Assembly: GCA_029821635.1 (NCBI GenBank)
Contig: JALGSW010000047.1
Coordinates: forward strand, 5,026-69,025
From: Candidatus Zipacnadia bacterium
Lineage (GTDB): Bacteria > Armatimonadota > Zipacnadia > Zipacnadales > UBA5352
DNA length: 64,000 bases
Reading direction: 5' to 3'
Positions 27,525-35,261 of this stretch are shown here, piece by piece; position 1 is the first letter of the stretch; every line of letters starts with the position of its first letter. The translations under genes were made by a program, and so were the position numbers. Under the pieces are notes generated by a model. It was not told the DNA's origin. It searched no databases and was given only the letters and a program-made list of their open reading frames with translations.

Positions 27525-28733
27525 TCAGGTCAGTACAACCTTCGCGAAGGTGCGCTTGCCCACCTGCAGGATATCTCCATCGGACACCTCTACGTTCGCG
27601 CCCTCGTCCTCGATCTTCTCGTCATTGAGCCGCACTGCGCCGCCGTGGATCAGCCGTCGCGCCTCGGAATTCGACGACGCGCCACCGCACGCGCGGACGA
27701 GCTTCACGACCCAGACGCGCCCGTCCTCCATGTCGCACGCCGCCACCGGTAGGTCGGGCATCTCCGACGGCTTCTCCCCGCGACTGAAGACTTGCTCAAA
27801 CTCGGCCTGCGCGGCATCGGCAGCCGCCTGGTCGTGGTAGCGCGCGATGATGCGCCGCGCAAGCTCCTTCTTCACTTCCATCGGGTGCCGCTCGCCCGCC
27901 TGCATTGCCCGGTCGATCCGCTCGGCGCCGTCGAAGCCCTCGTCGGTGAGCAGCGCGAAGTAGTGCGGCAGCACCTCGTCGGGGATCGACATGAGCTTGC
28001 CGAACATCTCCTGCGGCGGCTCGGTCACGCCGACGTAGTTACCCAGCGACTTGCTCATCTTCTCGGTGCCATCGGTGCCGACGAGCAGCGTCCACGTGGC
28101 GGCCACCTGCGGCGCCATCCCGTAGGCGCGCATGATGTCGCGGCCGACCAGCAGGTTGAAGAGCTGGTCGGTGCCGCCGACCTCGACGTCGGCCTTGACG
28201 GCCACCGAATCGTAGGCCTGCACGAGCGGGTAGAGCAGCTCGCGGATCGAGATCGGCTCCTCGGCGTCGTAGCGCTTGCGGAAGTCATCGCGCTCGAGCA
28301 TGCGCGCGAGCGTGTAGTGCGAGGCCAGGCGGATCATCCCGTCGCTGCCGAGGTCCTCGAGCCACTCGGAGTTGTAGCGCAGCTCGCAGGCGTCGATGTC
28401 GAGGATCTTCGCGGCCTGCTGGGCGAAGGTCCGGGCGTTGCTGTCGATCTCCTCGCGCGAGAGCATCGGGCGGGTCTTCGAGCGCCCGGACGGGTCGCCG
28501 ATGCGGGCGGTGAAGTCGCCGATGATGAAGACGACCTTGTGCCCGGCGTCCTGGAAGCGGCGCAGGCGCATCATCGGGACGGAGTGCCCGAGGTGCAGAT
28601 CGGGCGCGGTCGGGTCGGCGCCGTACTTGATGCGCAGCGGGCGTCCGAGCTTGAGCTTCTCCAGCAGCTCCTCGCGGGAGTGCACTTCCGACGCATCGCC
28701 GATGAGGTGCTCGAGTTGCTGTTCGGGGGTCAT
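27525..28733 (-). CDS. tyrS: Tyrosine--tRNA ligase (type 2, with C-terminal S4 domain)
   Basis: HLGH motif (PDLHLGHSVPM), KMSKS (KMSKSLGNYV), C-terminal S4-like RRLIHGGAVRLNDEKI. Confidence 0.93.
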   Translation of the reverse strand: MTPEQQLEHLIGDASEVHSREELLEKLKLGRPLRIKYGADPTAPDLHLGHSVPMMRLRRFQDAGHKVVFIIGDFTARIGDPSGRSKTRPMLSREEIDSNARTFAQQAAKILDIDACELRYNSEWLEDLGSDGMIRLASHYTLARMLERDDFRKRYDAEEPISIRELLYPLVQAYDSVAVKADVEVGGTDQLFNLLVGRDIMRAYGMAPQVAATWTLLVGTDGTEKMSKSLGNYVGVTEPPQEMFGKLMSIPDEVLPHYFALLTDEGFDGAERIDRAMQAGERHPMEVKKELARRIIARYHDQAAADAAQAEFEQVFSRGEKPSEMPDLPVAACDMEDGRVWVVKLVRACGGASSNSEARRLIHGGAVRLNDEKIEDEGANVEVSDGDILQVGKRTFAKVVLT

Positions 28734-28787
28734 GATCGGGTGGTCCTTCCTGTTGGTGTTGCTCGGCGGGCGCGGGGGCGCGCGGGC

Positions 28788-30170
28788 CTACTCCATCCGC
28801 TCCAGAGCCGCGACGGCCTCCTTGTGCATCTCGTCCGACGGGTCGGTCAGGTTCGCGGTTGCGGTGAACTCCGCTACCGCCTTCTGAGGCTGCTCCAGGC
28901 CGACCCACGTCCACGCCAGCAGGTAGTGCGCCTCCGCGTTCTCCACGTCAATCGCCAGCAGGTCCTGCAGCACCCGCAGTGCCTTATCGTACTCCTCGCG
29001 CTCCTTGTGCATCCGCGCCAGCTCAAGCATTCCCTGCGCCGCGTCCGCGCCGACCATCGCCCCCGCGGGCGCCTCGGCCTCAGGCACGGTCGCGGGCGCC
29101 ATCTCCGGGTCGAAGCTCTCAACCGGCGCGAACGACTGCACGGTGGTGCGCGGCGCCTCCGGAGGCGCGCCAGCGATCAGTGTCAGCCAGATCGCGATCG
29201 GCGTGAGCCACAGGCCGGCGATCATGCCGGTCGCGACGTGCGGCAACACGCCCGACGACGCCGGATCGGGCCGGCGGTCGATGCTCGGCAGGTTCAGGTC
29301 GCCGATGATCGCGAGGCAGACCGTGAACTTCGCCGAGGTCGCGAAGCGCGCCAGCTCGATGATCCTGCGCGCGACGAGCGGCGCGATGACGTGCAGGTCC
29401 TCCTCGGCCAGCTCCCAGACGGTCTCCTGCGCGCCGTCGGCCAGGTAGCGATGCAGGTTCACGTCGCGCGCGTCGAGTTCGTCGTGGCCGATGGCCGCCG
29501 AGAGCCAGTGCGCCACCGGCTCCGGGCCACCCGCGGCGATGGCCGCTCCCCGGTCGGCGCTCAGCTCGGCCACGGAGGCCCACCAGCGCAGCGCCAGCCA
29601 GGCCAGCGCGAAGGGCGCGAGCAGGAGCGTCGGCGCGAGCCGCGCGGTCAGAGGCAGGCGCACGAGCGTGAGCAGGCGCGCGTGGTGGCCCTTGAGGTGC
29701 GCGAGCTCGTGCGCAAGTGCGGCGCGCAGCTCGAGGTCGCCCAGCCCGCGGATCATGCCCTCAGTCACGAAGATGTCGGGCACGCTCCCCCACGCTATGC
29801 TGAAGCTGTCCACCTCGCCGACCGGGATGACGTAGATCGGCGGGGTGCCCGGAGCGGCGAGGCGCCTGGCGGCGTCCTCCGCGGCCTGATCGACGCGCCC
29901 GTGCCGGGACGGGCCCGCGCGTCGCCCGGCCCTGCGCAGGCCATCGGCGTGCCCTCGAATGCCGACGATCCCCCACACGAGGCCGGCGTGGAACGCCAGC
30001 AGCAGCACGATCCCCAGCGCCATCGAGGCGGGGGCGTAGAGCGGCCGGGCCAGCACCAGCCAGACCATCAGCGCCTCCGCCAGCATCAGCAGCGTGATCG
30101 CAAGCCACGCTGAGGCCACGAAGGTAGGCAGTTCGGCCGGATGTCGGTAGTCGCTCGTGCGTAGCCTCAT
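28788..30170 (-). CDS. Membrane M48-family metalloprotease with C-terminal TPR-like domain
   Basis: Multiple TM helices, ALAHELAHLKGHH (HExxH), C-terminal ALRVLQDLLAIDVENAEAHYLLAWTWVGLEQPQKAVAEF. Confidence 0.75.
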   Translation of the reverse strand: MRLRTSDYRHPAELPTFVASAWLAITLLMLAEALMVWLVLARPLYAPASMALGIVLLLAFHAGLVWGIVGIRGHADGLRRAGRRAGPSRHGRVDQAAEDAARRLAAPGTPPIYVIPVGEVDSFSIAWGSVPDIFVTEGMIRGLGDLELRAALAHELAHLKGHHARLLTLVRLPLTARLAPTLLLAPFALAWLALRWWASVAELSADRGAAIAAGGPEPVAHWLSAAIGHDELDARDVNLHRYLADGAQETVWELAEEDLHVIAPLVARRIIELARFATSAKFTVCLAIIGDLNLPSIDRRPDPASSGVLPHVATGMIAGLWLTPIAIWLTLIAGAPPEAPRTTVQSFAPVESFDPEMAPATVPEAEAPAGAMVGADAAQGMLELARMHKEREEYDKALRVLQDLLAIDVENAEAHYLLAWTWVGLEQPQKAVAEFTATANLTDPSDEMHKEAVAALERME

Positions 30171-30195
30171 CGATGCAGCGCTCTCCAGGTGCGGC

Positions 30196-30921
30196 TCAGG
30201 CGGTGTTGAGTTTGGCGATCAGTTCCGGCAGTTCGGCGAGGCTCGTGGCGATCAACTCGGGCGGCTCGGCCTCGGTATCCCAGAGCCTGCTCTCGCGATT
30301 GAGCCAGACGCCCGTCCATCCCGCGTCTCGCGCGCCGACCACGTCGCAGATGCAGTTGTCGCCCACCAGCAGGCACTCTTCGGGCGCCGCTCCCGCAAGC
30401 GACATGGCGTGCTCGAAGATAGCCGGTTCAGGCTTCGACAGCCCCGTATCGTGCGCGTAGACGCGGTGTCTGAAGAAGTCACCGATCTCGAGTTCCTCGA
30501 CCAGTGACATGCCGTCCGACAGGATGCCCAGTACATAGCCCCGCGCGGTCAGCTCACGGAGACAGCCCGGGGTGTCCGGGAACGGCCAGATCTGCCCGCG
30601 AAGGGTCTCGTAGTACGTCGTGACCAGCAGGTCGTCCAGTCTGCGGTCATGGCGCGCGTAGCGCAGTAGCGTCTCCCGGAACGCTTCCCTCCGGGTCTGC
30701 ACCAAGTCCAGCCCTGCCCGCTCGGCGCGTTCGGAGATGTCCGTGCGCACCTGGACCATCTCGGCGACGCCCAGCGTCTCACGCGTCTGCGGGAAGTGTT
30801 CGTGGATGATGGGCAGGCACGTGCTCAGGGCGCGGTGCATGGTGTCGCGGAAGCTGTAGAGTGTGTCGTCCTGGTCGAACCAGACGTAGCGAATCTCGCG
30901 CAAGGTAGCGGACGCGGCCAT
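30196..30921 (-). CDS. HAD-superfamily hydrolase
   Basis: Motif I FDQDDTLY, later ILSDG and VGDNCICDVVGARDAG. Confidence 0.8.
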   Translation of the reverse strand: MAASATLREIRYVWFDQDDTLYSFRDTMHRALSTCLPIIHEHFPQTRETLGVAEMVQVRTDISERAERAGLDLVQTRREAFRETLLRYARHDRRLDDLLVTTYYETLRGQIWPFPDTPGCLRELTARGYVLGILSDGMSLVEELEIGDFFRHRVYAHDTGLSKPEPAIFEHAMSLAGAAPEECLLVGDNCICDVVGARDAGWTGVWLNRESRLWDTEAEPPELIATSLAELPELIAKLNTA

Positions 30922-31020
30922 GCCACCACCACCTCAGGACCAACATTCAGGCATGGCGCGGCGGGCGACTGTAAGACCCGTCGCCCGCCGCGAAAGTACT
31001 TCCGCCCGCTCTCGTGCGGC

Positions 31021-31881
31021 CTACTGCGCGGGCAGCGGGACGATCAGGAAGCGAACCTGCATCGGCTCGCCGGTCGCCGGGTTGATCACCTCGAAGGTGA
31101 TCACCGCGGGCTGGCCGGTCGCGAAGACGGAGCCCTCGGGCACCGGCTCGATGATCGGCTGACCGATGCCGATGCCGACTGTGGGCCCCGGCTCGACGGT
31201 GATGACGTCGCCGCCGGCGATCGGAACTCCGGTAGCGGGTTCGCCGGTCCCGGTCTCGCCCGCGGGCGGCATCTCAACGGGCGTGATGATCGGGCCGGTC
31301 GTGCCGGTGTCGGGCTGGGTGGCAGGCTCCTCGCCCGTTCCAGGCTCGGCGGTGGCCGGCTCGCCGGTATCGGGCGCCGGACCGGTGAGGCTGATCGACG
31401 CCATCAGGTTGTCCGGCGAGAAGTTGCTGCCGGCCATCGGGAACGCGTAGATCTTCTTCTGCGTCCCGTCCGGGGTCTCGACGATCAGCGACGTGGCGTG
31501 CACCAACCACGCGGGCTGGCCGGTGATGGCCTCGCCCGAACGGGTGCTGACGCTCAGCGACGTGATCTTCCACTTCGGGTCCTCGGCGGTGCCGGTCTGC
31601 GACCAGTCCACGTTGATCGCGGCGATGTCGGTGGCGTTCACGCGGCGCTCATCGCCATCGACCTTGACCGCGATGTAGCCCCCATCGCGCAGACGCGAGC
31701 CGATCTCGGCGCCGTCAACGATTCCGAGCTGCGCGGTCAGGATGACGCCGGCGATCTGCTGGCCACCGCGGAGGGTCACGGTGCCCTCCAGCTTCGGGCC
31801 CATGAAGTCCTGGGCCAGCGCTCCGGTGGCGATCAGGCAGATCAGCAGGATGACCGCCGGCAGCGTGCTCGTGGTGCGCAT
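31021..31881 (-). CDS. Secreted hypothetical protein with Gly/Thr/Pro/Glu-rich linker
   Basis: MRTTSTLPAVILLICLIATGALAQD signal. ATG 31881 with GAGGTGA RBS (ORF track starts at GTG 31890). No recognisable domain. Confidence 0.6.
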   Translation of the reverse strand: MRTTSTLPAVILLICLIATGALAQDFMGPKLEGTVTLRGGQQIAGVILTAQLGIVDGAEIGSRLRDGGYIAVKVDGDERRVNATDIAAINVDWSQTGTAEDPKWKITSLSVSTRSGEAITGQPAWLVHATSLIVETPDGTQKKIYAFPMAGSNFSPDNLMASISLTGPAPDTGEPATAEPGTGEEPATQPDTGTTGPIITPVEMPPAGETGTGEPATGVPIAGGDVITVEPGPTVGIGIGQPIIEPVPEGSVFATGQPAVITFEVINPATGEPMQVRFLIVPLPAQ

Positions 31882-31962
31882 CTGACTCACCTCACTTGAC
31901 TTGCCTTGCTGCGTTCTGATGCTGCGTTCAAGGCGCGGGCGACCGTGCGGCCCGCCCCGCCG

Positions 31963-32952
31963 TCAGTGCCTCTTCCGCGCGACAAGCGTCTCTACGAAGG
32001 CCTCCAGGCGCAGCCGCGTGCGCGCATCCAGCCGCGCCGGACCCTCGCCCTCGATCGTGAGCACCGGCAGGTCGAGGTGCCTCTTGAGCAGCAGGTCCTG
32101 GATCTGCCGGAAGCAGAAGGCCTGCGTGTAGTGGATCAGCCCGTCGATCCCACGTAGATCGATCTGCCGCCGGATGTCCGCCAGCCGCCCGGCGAGCTGG
32201 TAGGGGTACGTGTAGCGCCGGTACTGCTCGAGCAGCCCGCAGTCGACCCAGTCGGCCATCGTGAACTGCCGCTGGATCTCGTTGAGCACCACGCGGGCGT
32301 CGAGGCCCTCGATGAACTCGTAAAGGTCGCTGTAGATGGTCGGCACGCCCGCGATCCCGATGCGGACGCTTGACTCACGAGGCGTACGCCCCCGCGTGGT
32401 GGCGAGGAACTCGTCCAGTTCGGCCTCGAATCGCTCCGGGCTACCGTTGAAATCGCTGCAACTGACCTGATGATAGTGGTTTTCCCGCCCGTTGACAAGG
32501 CCGTCGCGCCAGGTGAGGCGATCGAGCTCGGCGACCTTCGCGCGCAGCGGGCGCAGGCGTTCGCGCTGCGTCTCGGCCTCCGCCCAGCTCACGCCGAGGT
32601 GGTCGCAGAGGCGCTCGATCTGCACCCGCAGCAGCTCCTCATCGCGGTCGTAGGGGTAGGCGAAGGGGATGATGCGCACGTTTTCTTCGCTGAGCGTCTC
32701 GATCATCGCATGGGTCTGCGCGCAGTCGCCCTGAGTGACCGCGATCACGGTCGGGATACCCTCGCGCAGCGTGGCGGCGTAGATGCCCTTGATCCACGCG
32801 CAGGCGGTGCGCGGGTAGCCATCCACCTCGGCCTGCGCGACCATCCCGGCTGCGTCGGGGCTGGTGATGAAGATGTTGTTGAGGTCCACCGGCTCATGCC
32901 CGGCGGCGAGTATCACCTCAACAGGAATTGTGGTGGTCATCCCGATTCTCAT
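31963..32952 (-). CDS. 2-hydroxyacyl-CoA dehydratase family protein (HgdB/BcrC/BadD-like, single subunit)
   Basis: 330 aa from MRIGMTTTIPVEVILAAGHEPVDL.., with ..CAWIKG...TQGDCAQ.. and ..IHYTQAFCFRQIQ.. as in PF06050-type proteins. The 213-aa N-terminal extension in the ORF track is read-through of the repeat array and is rejected. Confidence 0.75.
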   Translation of the reverse strand: MRIGMTTTIPVEVILAAGHEPVDLNNIFITSPDAAGMVAQAEVDGYPRTACAWIKGIYAATLREGIPTVIAVTQGDCAQTHAMIETLSEENVRIIPFAYPYDRDEELLRVQIERLCDHLGVSWAEAETQRERLRPLRAKVAELDRLTWRDGLVNGRENHYHQVSCSDFNGSPERFEAELDEFLATTRGRTPRESSVRIGIAGVPTIYSDLYEFIEGLDARVVLNEIQRQFTMADWVDCGLLEQYRRYTYPYQLAGRLADIRRQIDLRGIDGLIHYTQAFCFRQIQDLLLKRHLDLPVLTIEGEGPARLDARTRLRLEAFVETLVARKRH

Positions 32953-32974
32953 GTGTGTGGTGTCTGTGACGATG

Positions 32975-33560
32975 ACAGCGCCTCCCCGGCCCTCGACGGC
33001 CCAACGGCGCCTCCCCCGCCCTCGTAAACGACACTCGGGCACCCCCTCCGTTCCGGAGGAGGGGACGTTTGCGGCTCGGACTTTCGATGCCCCACCGGCT
33101 TCCGTCTCCCCTCTCCGGCACGGAGAGGGGTGGCGACCGACGAGCCCCTGGCGAGGAGGTCGCCGGGGTGAGGCGTCGTGCGCCCAACAGCGCCTCGTAA
33201 ACGACACTTCGGGCACCCCCTCCGTTCCGGAGGGGGGGACGTTTGCGGCTCGGATTTTCGATGCCCCACCGGCTTCCGTCTCCCCTCTCCGGCACGGAGA
33301 GGGGTGGCGACCGACGAGCCCCTGGCGAGGAGGTCGCCGGGGTGAGGCGTCGTGCGCCCAACAGCGCCTCCCCTCTCCGGCACGGAGAGGGGTGGCGACC
33401 GACGAGCCCCTGGCGAGGAGGTCGCCGGGGTGAGGCGTCGTGCGCCCAACAGCGCCTCCCCCGCGGGCAACGCCGTCGTCGTTCTCCCCCTCTCCCGCTT
33501 TCGGCGCGCCGTTTGCGCCGACAGGGAGAGGGGGCCGGGGGGTGAGGCGAGCCGTGTCTG
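32975..33560. repeat. Tandem array of GC-rich palindromic repeats: two approximately 174-nt units (33023-33196, 33197-33370), an extra 89-nt subunit (33370-33458) and a terminal hairpin element (33459-33560)
   Basis: The 89-nt subunit CCCCTCTCCggcacGGAGAGGGGtGGCGACC...GGTCGCCggggtgaggcgtcgtgcgcccaacagcgcctc occurs 3 times, at 33108, 33282 and 33370. The two full units differ by about 3 substitutions/indels. Each subunit is built of perfect stems. Confidence 0.9.
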
Positions 33561-33587
33561 GCGCCGCTTCTCCATTCCCCGCCGTCC

Positions 33588-34472
33588 TCACTTCAGCCCC
33601 AGCACCTTGTGTATCTGCGGCATGACGCGCACGTCGCGCAGGCGCTTCATCGCGAGCGCGCGGAAGCGGATCAGCTCCAGCCCGCCGGGCGGTCGAGCGC
33701 CGCCGGAGGGCGTCACCGGCTGTATGAACACCGGGCAGGCGGGATCGACCGACGCGATCTGCGCGTAGACCTCCTCCAACTCCTCCTCGGTCGCCTGGTC
33801 GGTCACCACGATCTTCACGAAGGCGCGCTTGTACTGCGCCAGGCGCAGGAACTCGCGCCGGGCGTCGTCATCGAGCGGCCGGCCCATGGAGCTGTCGAGC
33901 TTGTAGTCGGCAGCCACCCAGTCGATCATCCCGAGGACCTTCTGCAAGTCGTCGGGGCGCTGACCGTTGGTCTCGAGCATGATCGGCAGGTCGAGCGGCC
34001 GGAGCGTCGCGGCGAGGGCGGAGACGTAGTCGGCATGCATGAGCGGCTCGCCGCCGGTGAGGGCGATCGAGTGGATCGCGCCCTCCTCGTCATGCTTGAG
34101 GATGCGCTTCACCGCACCCAGCACCTCATCGATTCCTGCGGGGTTCGCGATGCTGAAGCCGCGCACTCCGGGGCGCGCCTGGCACCAGACCTCCGCCGGC
34201 GGGTCATGCTGCGCCTCGGGCGTGTCGCACCACGGGCAACCGAGGTCGCAGCCGCAGAAGCGGATGAATATCTGCTGGAAGCCGGCGAACAGCGCCTCGC
34301 CCTGGATCGAGGTGAAGATCTCATACAGCGGCGCGCGCAGGCTCGTGTCAGCCTCGGCGGCGATACGGGCCTCCTCGCGCTCCTGCGCCGCGATCGCCTC
34401 GCGAGCGGCGCCGTAGGCGTTGGGGCCCTCTTCGGTGTTCGCCCCCGCAACCGACCTGTCTTCCTGTGTCAT
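33588..34472 (-). CDS. Radical SAM protein of the QueE (7-carboxy-7-deazaguanine synthase-like) family
   Basis: PLYEIFTSIQGEALFAGFQQIFIRFCGCDLGCPWCDT (CX3CX2C), TGGEPL, C-terminal VRVMPQIHKVLGLK as in QueE. Start trimmed to ATG 34472. Confidence 0.8.
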   Translation of the reverse strand: MTQEDRSVAGANTEEGPNAYGAAREAIAAQEREEARIAAEADTSLRAPLYEIFTSIQGEALFAGFQQIFIRFCGCDLGCPWCDTPEAQHDPPAEVWCQARPGVRGFSIANPAGIDEVLGAVKRILKHDEEGAIHSIALTGGEPLMHADYVSALAATLRPLDLPIMLETNGQRPDDLQKVLGMIDWVAADYKLDSSMGRPLDDDARREFLRLAQYKRAFVKIVVTDQATEEELEEVYAQIASVDPACPVFIQPVTPSGGARPPGGLELIRFRALAMKRLRDVRVMPQIHKVLGLK

Positions 34473-34476
34473 CGGG

Positions 34477-35043
34477 TCACTGAACCCCTCGGACTTTGCA
34501 GGTCGCAAGGTAGATGTCCTCGGCTTCCTCGGCGTATGCACCGAGCAACTCCTGTGCCAGCGCGTCCACGTCGATCCCCCACTCGCCCAGCCCGACCGCG
34601 GCCACCGGCGCTCCGCTCGCGTCCACGTTGATCCCGACATGGATCAGCGTCGAGACTGGCGATGCGGTCGCGATGGAGACGGTGAGCTTGCGCTCGTCCA
34701 CGTACAGGTCGTCGCCATCGCGCCGCAGGACCGGCACCCCCGGCGTCCGCTGGAGGCGCTCGGCGATCGTGCAGATCAGCAGCCGCTGGCGCAGGACCGC
34801 GCGGATCAGGTCGCGGTCGAAGTGCTCCGCGATCAGGTGCAGCATCTCCGCCGCGCGAATGTCCTTGCCGGCGAGCACGTCCTCGCGGTCCACCATCTCG
34901 CTGAGCTCAACGCGGCATGGCCCACGGAAGGCCACGATCACGTCGCCCTGGATGCCGAAGGTCTCGTAGATCCAGTGCGAGCGGAGTTGGTGGCCGGTGT
35001 AGCCGAGTTGCTCTGAGTGGAAGACGGTGCGCATGGCTCGCAT
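34477..35043 (-). CDS. DUF366-family protein
   Basis: 188 aa. MRAMRTVFHSEQLGYTGHQLRSHWIYETFGIQGDVIVAFRGPCRV... resembles the DUF366 (PF04017) family as I recall it. Stop lies 4 nt before the radical SAM start. Confidence 0.6.
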   Translation of the reverse strand: MRAMRTVFHSEQLGYTGHQLRSHWIYETFGIQGDVIVAFRGPCRVELSEMVDREDVLAGKDIRAAEMLHLIAEHFDRDLIRAVLRQRLLICTIAERLQRTPGVPVLRRDGDDLYVDERKLTVSIATASPVSTLIHVGINVDASGAPVAAVGLGEWGIDVDALAQELLGAYAEEAEDIYLATCKVRGVQ

Positions 35044-35096
35044 GTTCCCCGTGAGCGCGACGTGCTGCCATGATAGGCGGGAGGCGGCGTGGCGTC

Positions 35097-35200
35097 AACC
35101 GTGACGGCGCCTCACCCCCCCGCCCCCCCTCTCCCTGGCTCGCTGCGCTCGCAAGGGGGAGAGGGGGGAGAACGGCACGGCGGCGTGTTGGCGGAGGTCC
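35097..35200. repeat. Single REP-like hairpin element, related to and inverted relative to 33459-33560
   Basis: gcgcctcaccccc + CCCCCCTCTCCC (35124-35135) / GGGAGAGGGGGG (35157-35168) + gagaacggcacggcggcgtgttg. The reverse complement of 33459-33560 has the same flanks and stem with a different loop. Confidence 0.8.
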
Positions 35201-35261
35201 GGGCGTTCGTGAGGCGGAACAGGCCCGGCAGGACCGCACCGTGACCGACGGGAGGACGTTC

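Noticed and set aside
15705-30170. The two M48-TPR proteases (15705..17690 and 28788..30170) considered as parts of a common system with the orthocaspase.
   Set aside because: They are separated by unrelated genes, lie on different strands and have different architectures (a lipoprotein versus a polytopic membrane protein). There is no operonic link to the caspase gene.
33180-33460. Possible integron attC sites, because GCCCAAC (RYYYAAC-like) recurs at each unit junction.
   Set aside because: There is no complementary GTTRRRY core at the opposite end of each unit. All copies are in the same orientation. No intI gene or cassette-like promoterless ORFs are present, and the adjacent genes form an ordinary operon.
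32975-33560. Possible CRISPR array.
   Set aside because: The repeats are 89/174 nt long, directly abutting with no unique spacers, and internally palindromic. No cas genes are in the window.
32953-33591. N-terminal 213 aa of ORF 31963..33591, and overlapping ORFs 32918..33361, 32949..33575, 33243..33545 and 33352..33768, which show repeated peptide segments.
   Set aside because: The repeated peptides are translations of the tandem nucleotide repeats, and all six frames are open there. The dehydratase homology begins only at MRIGMTTT (32952).
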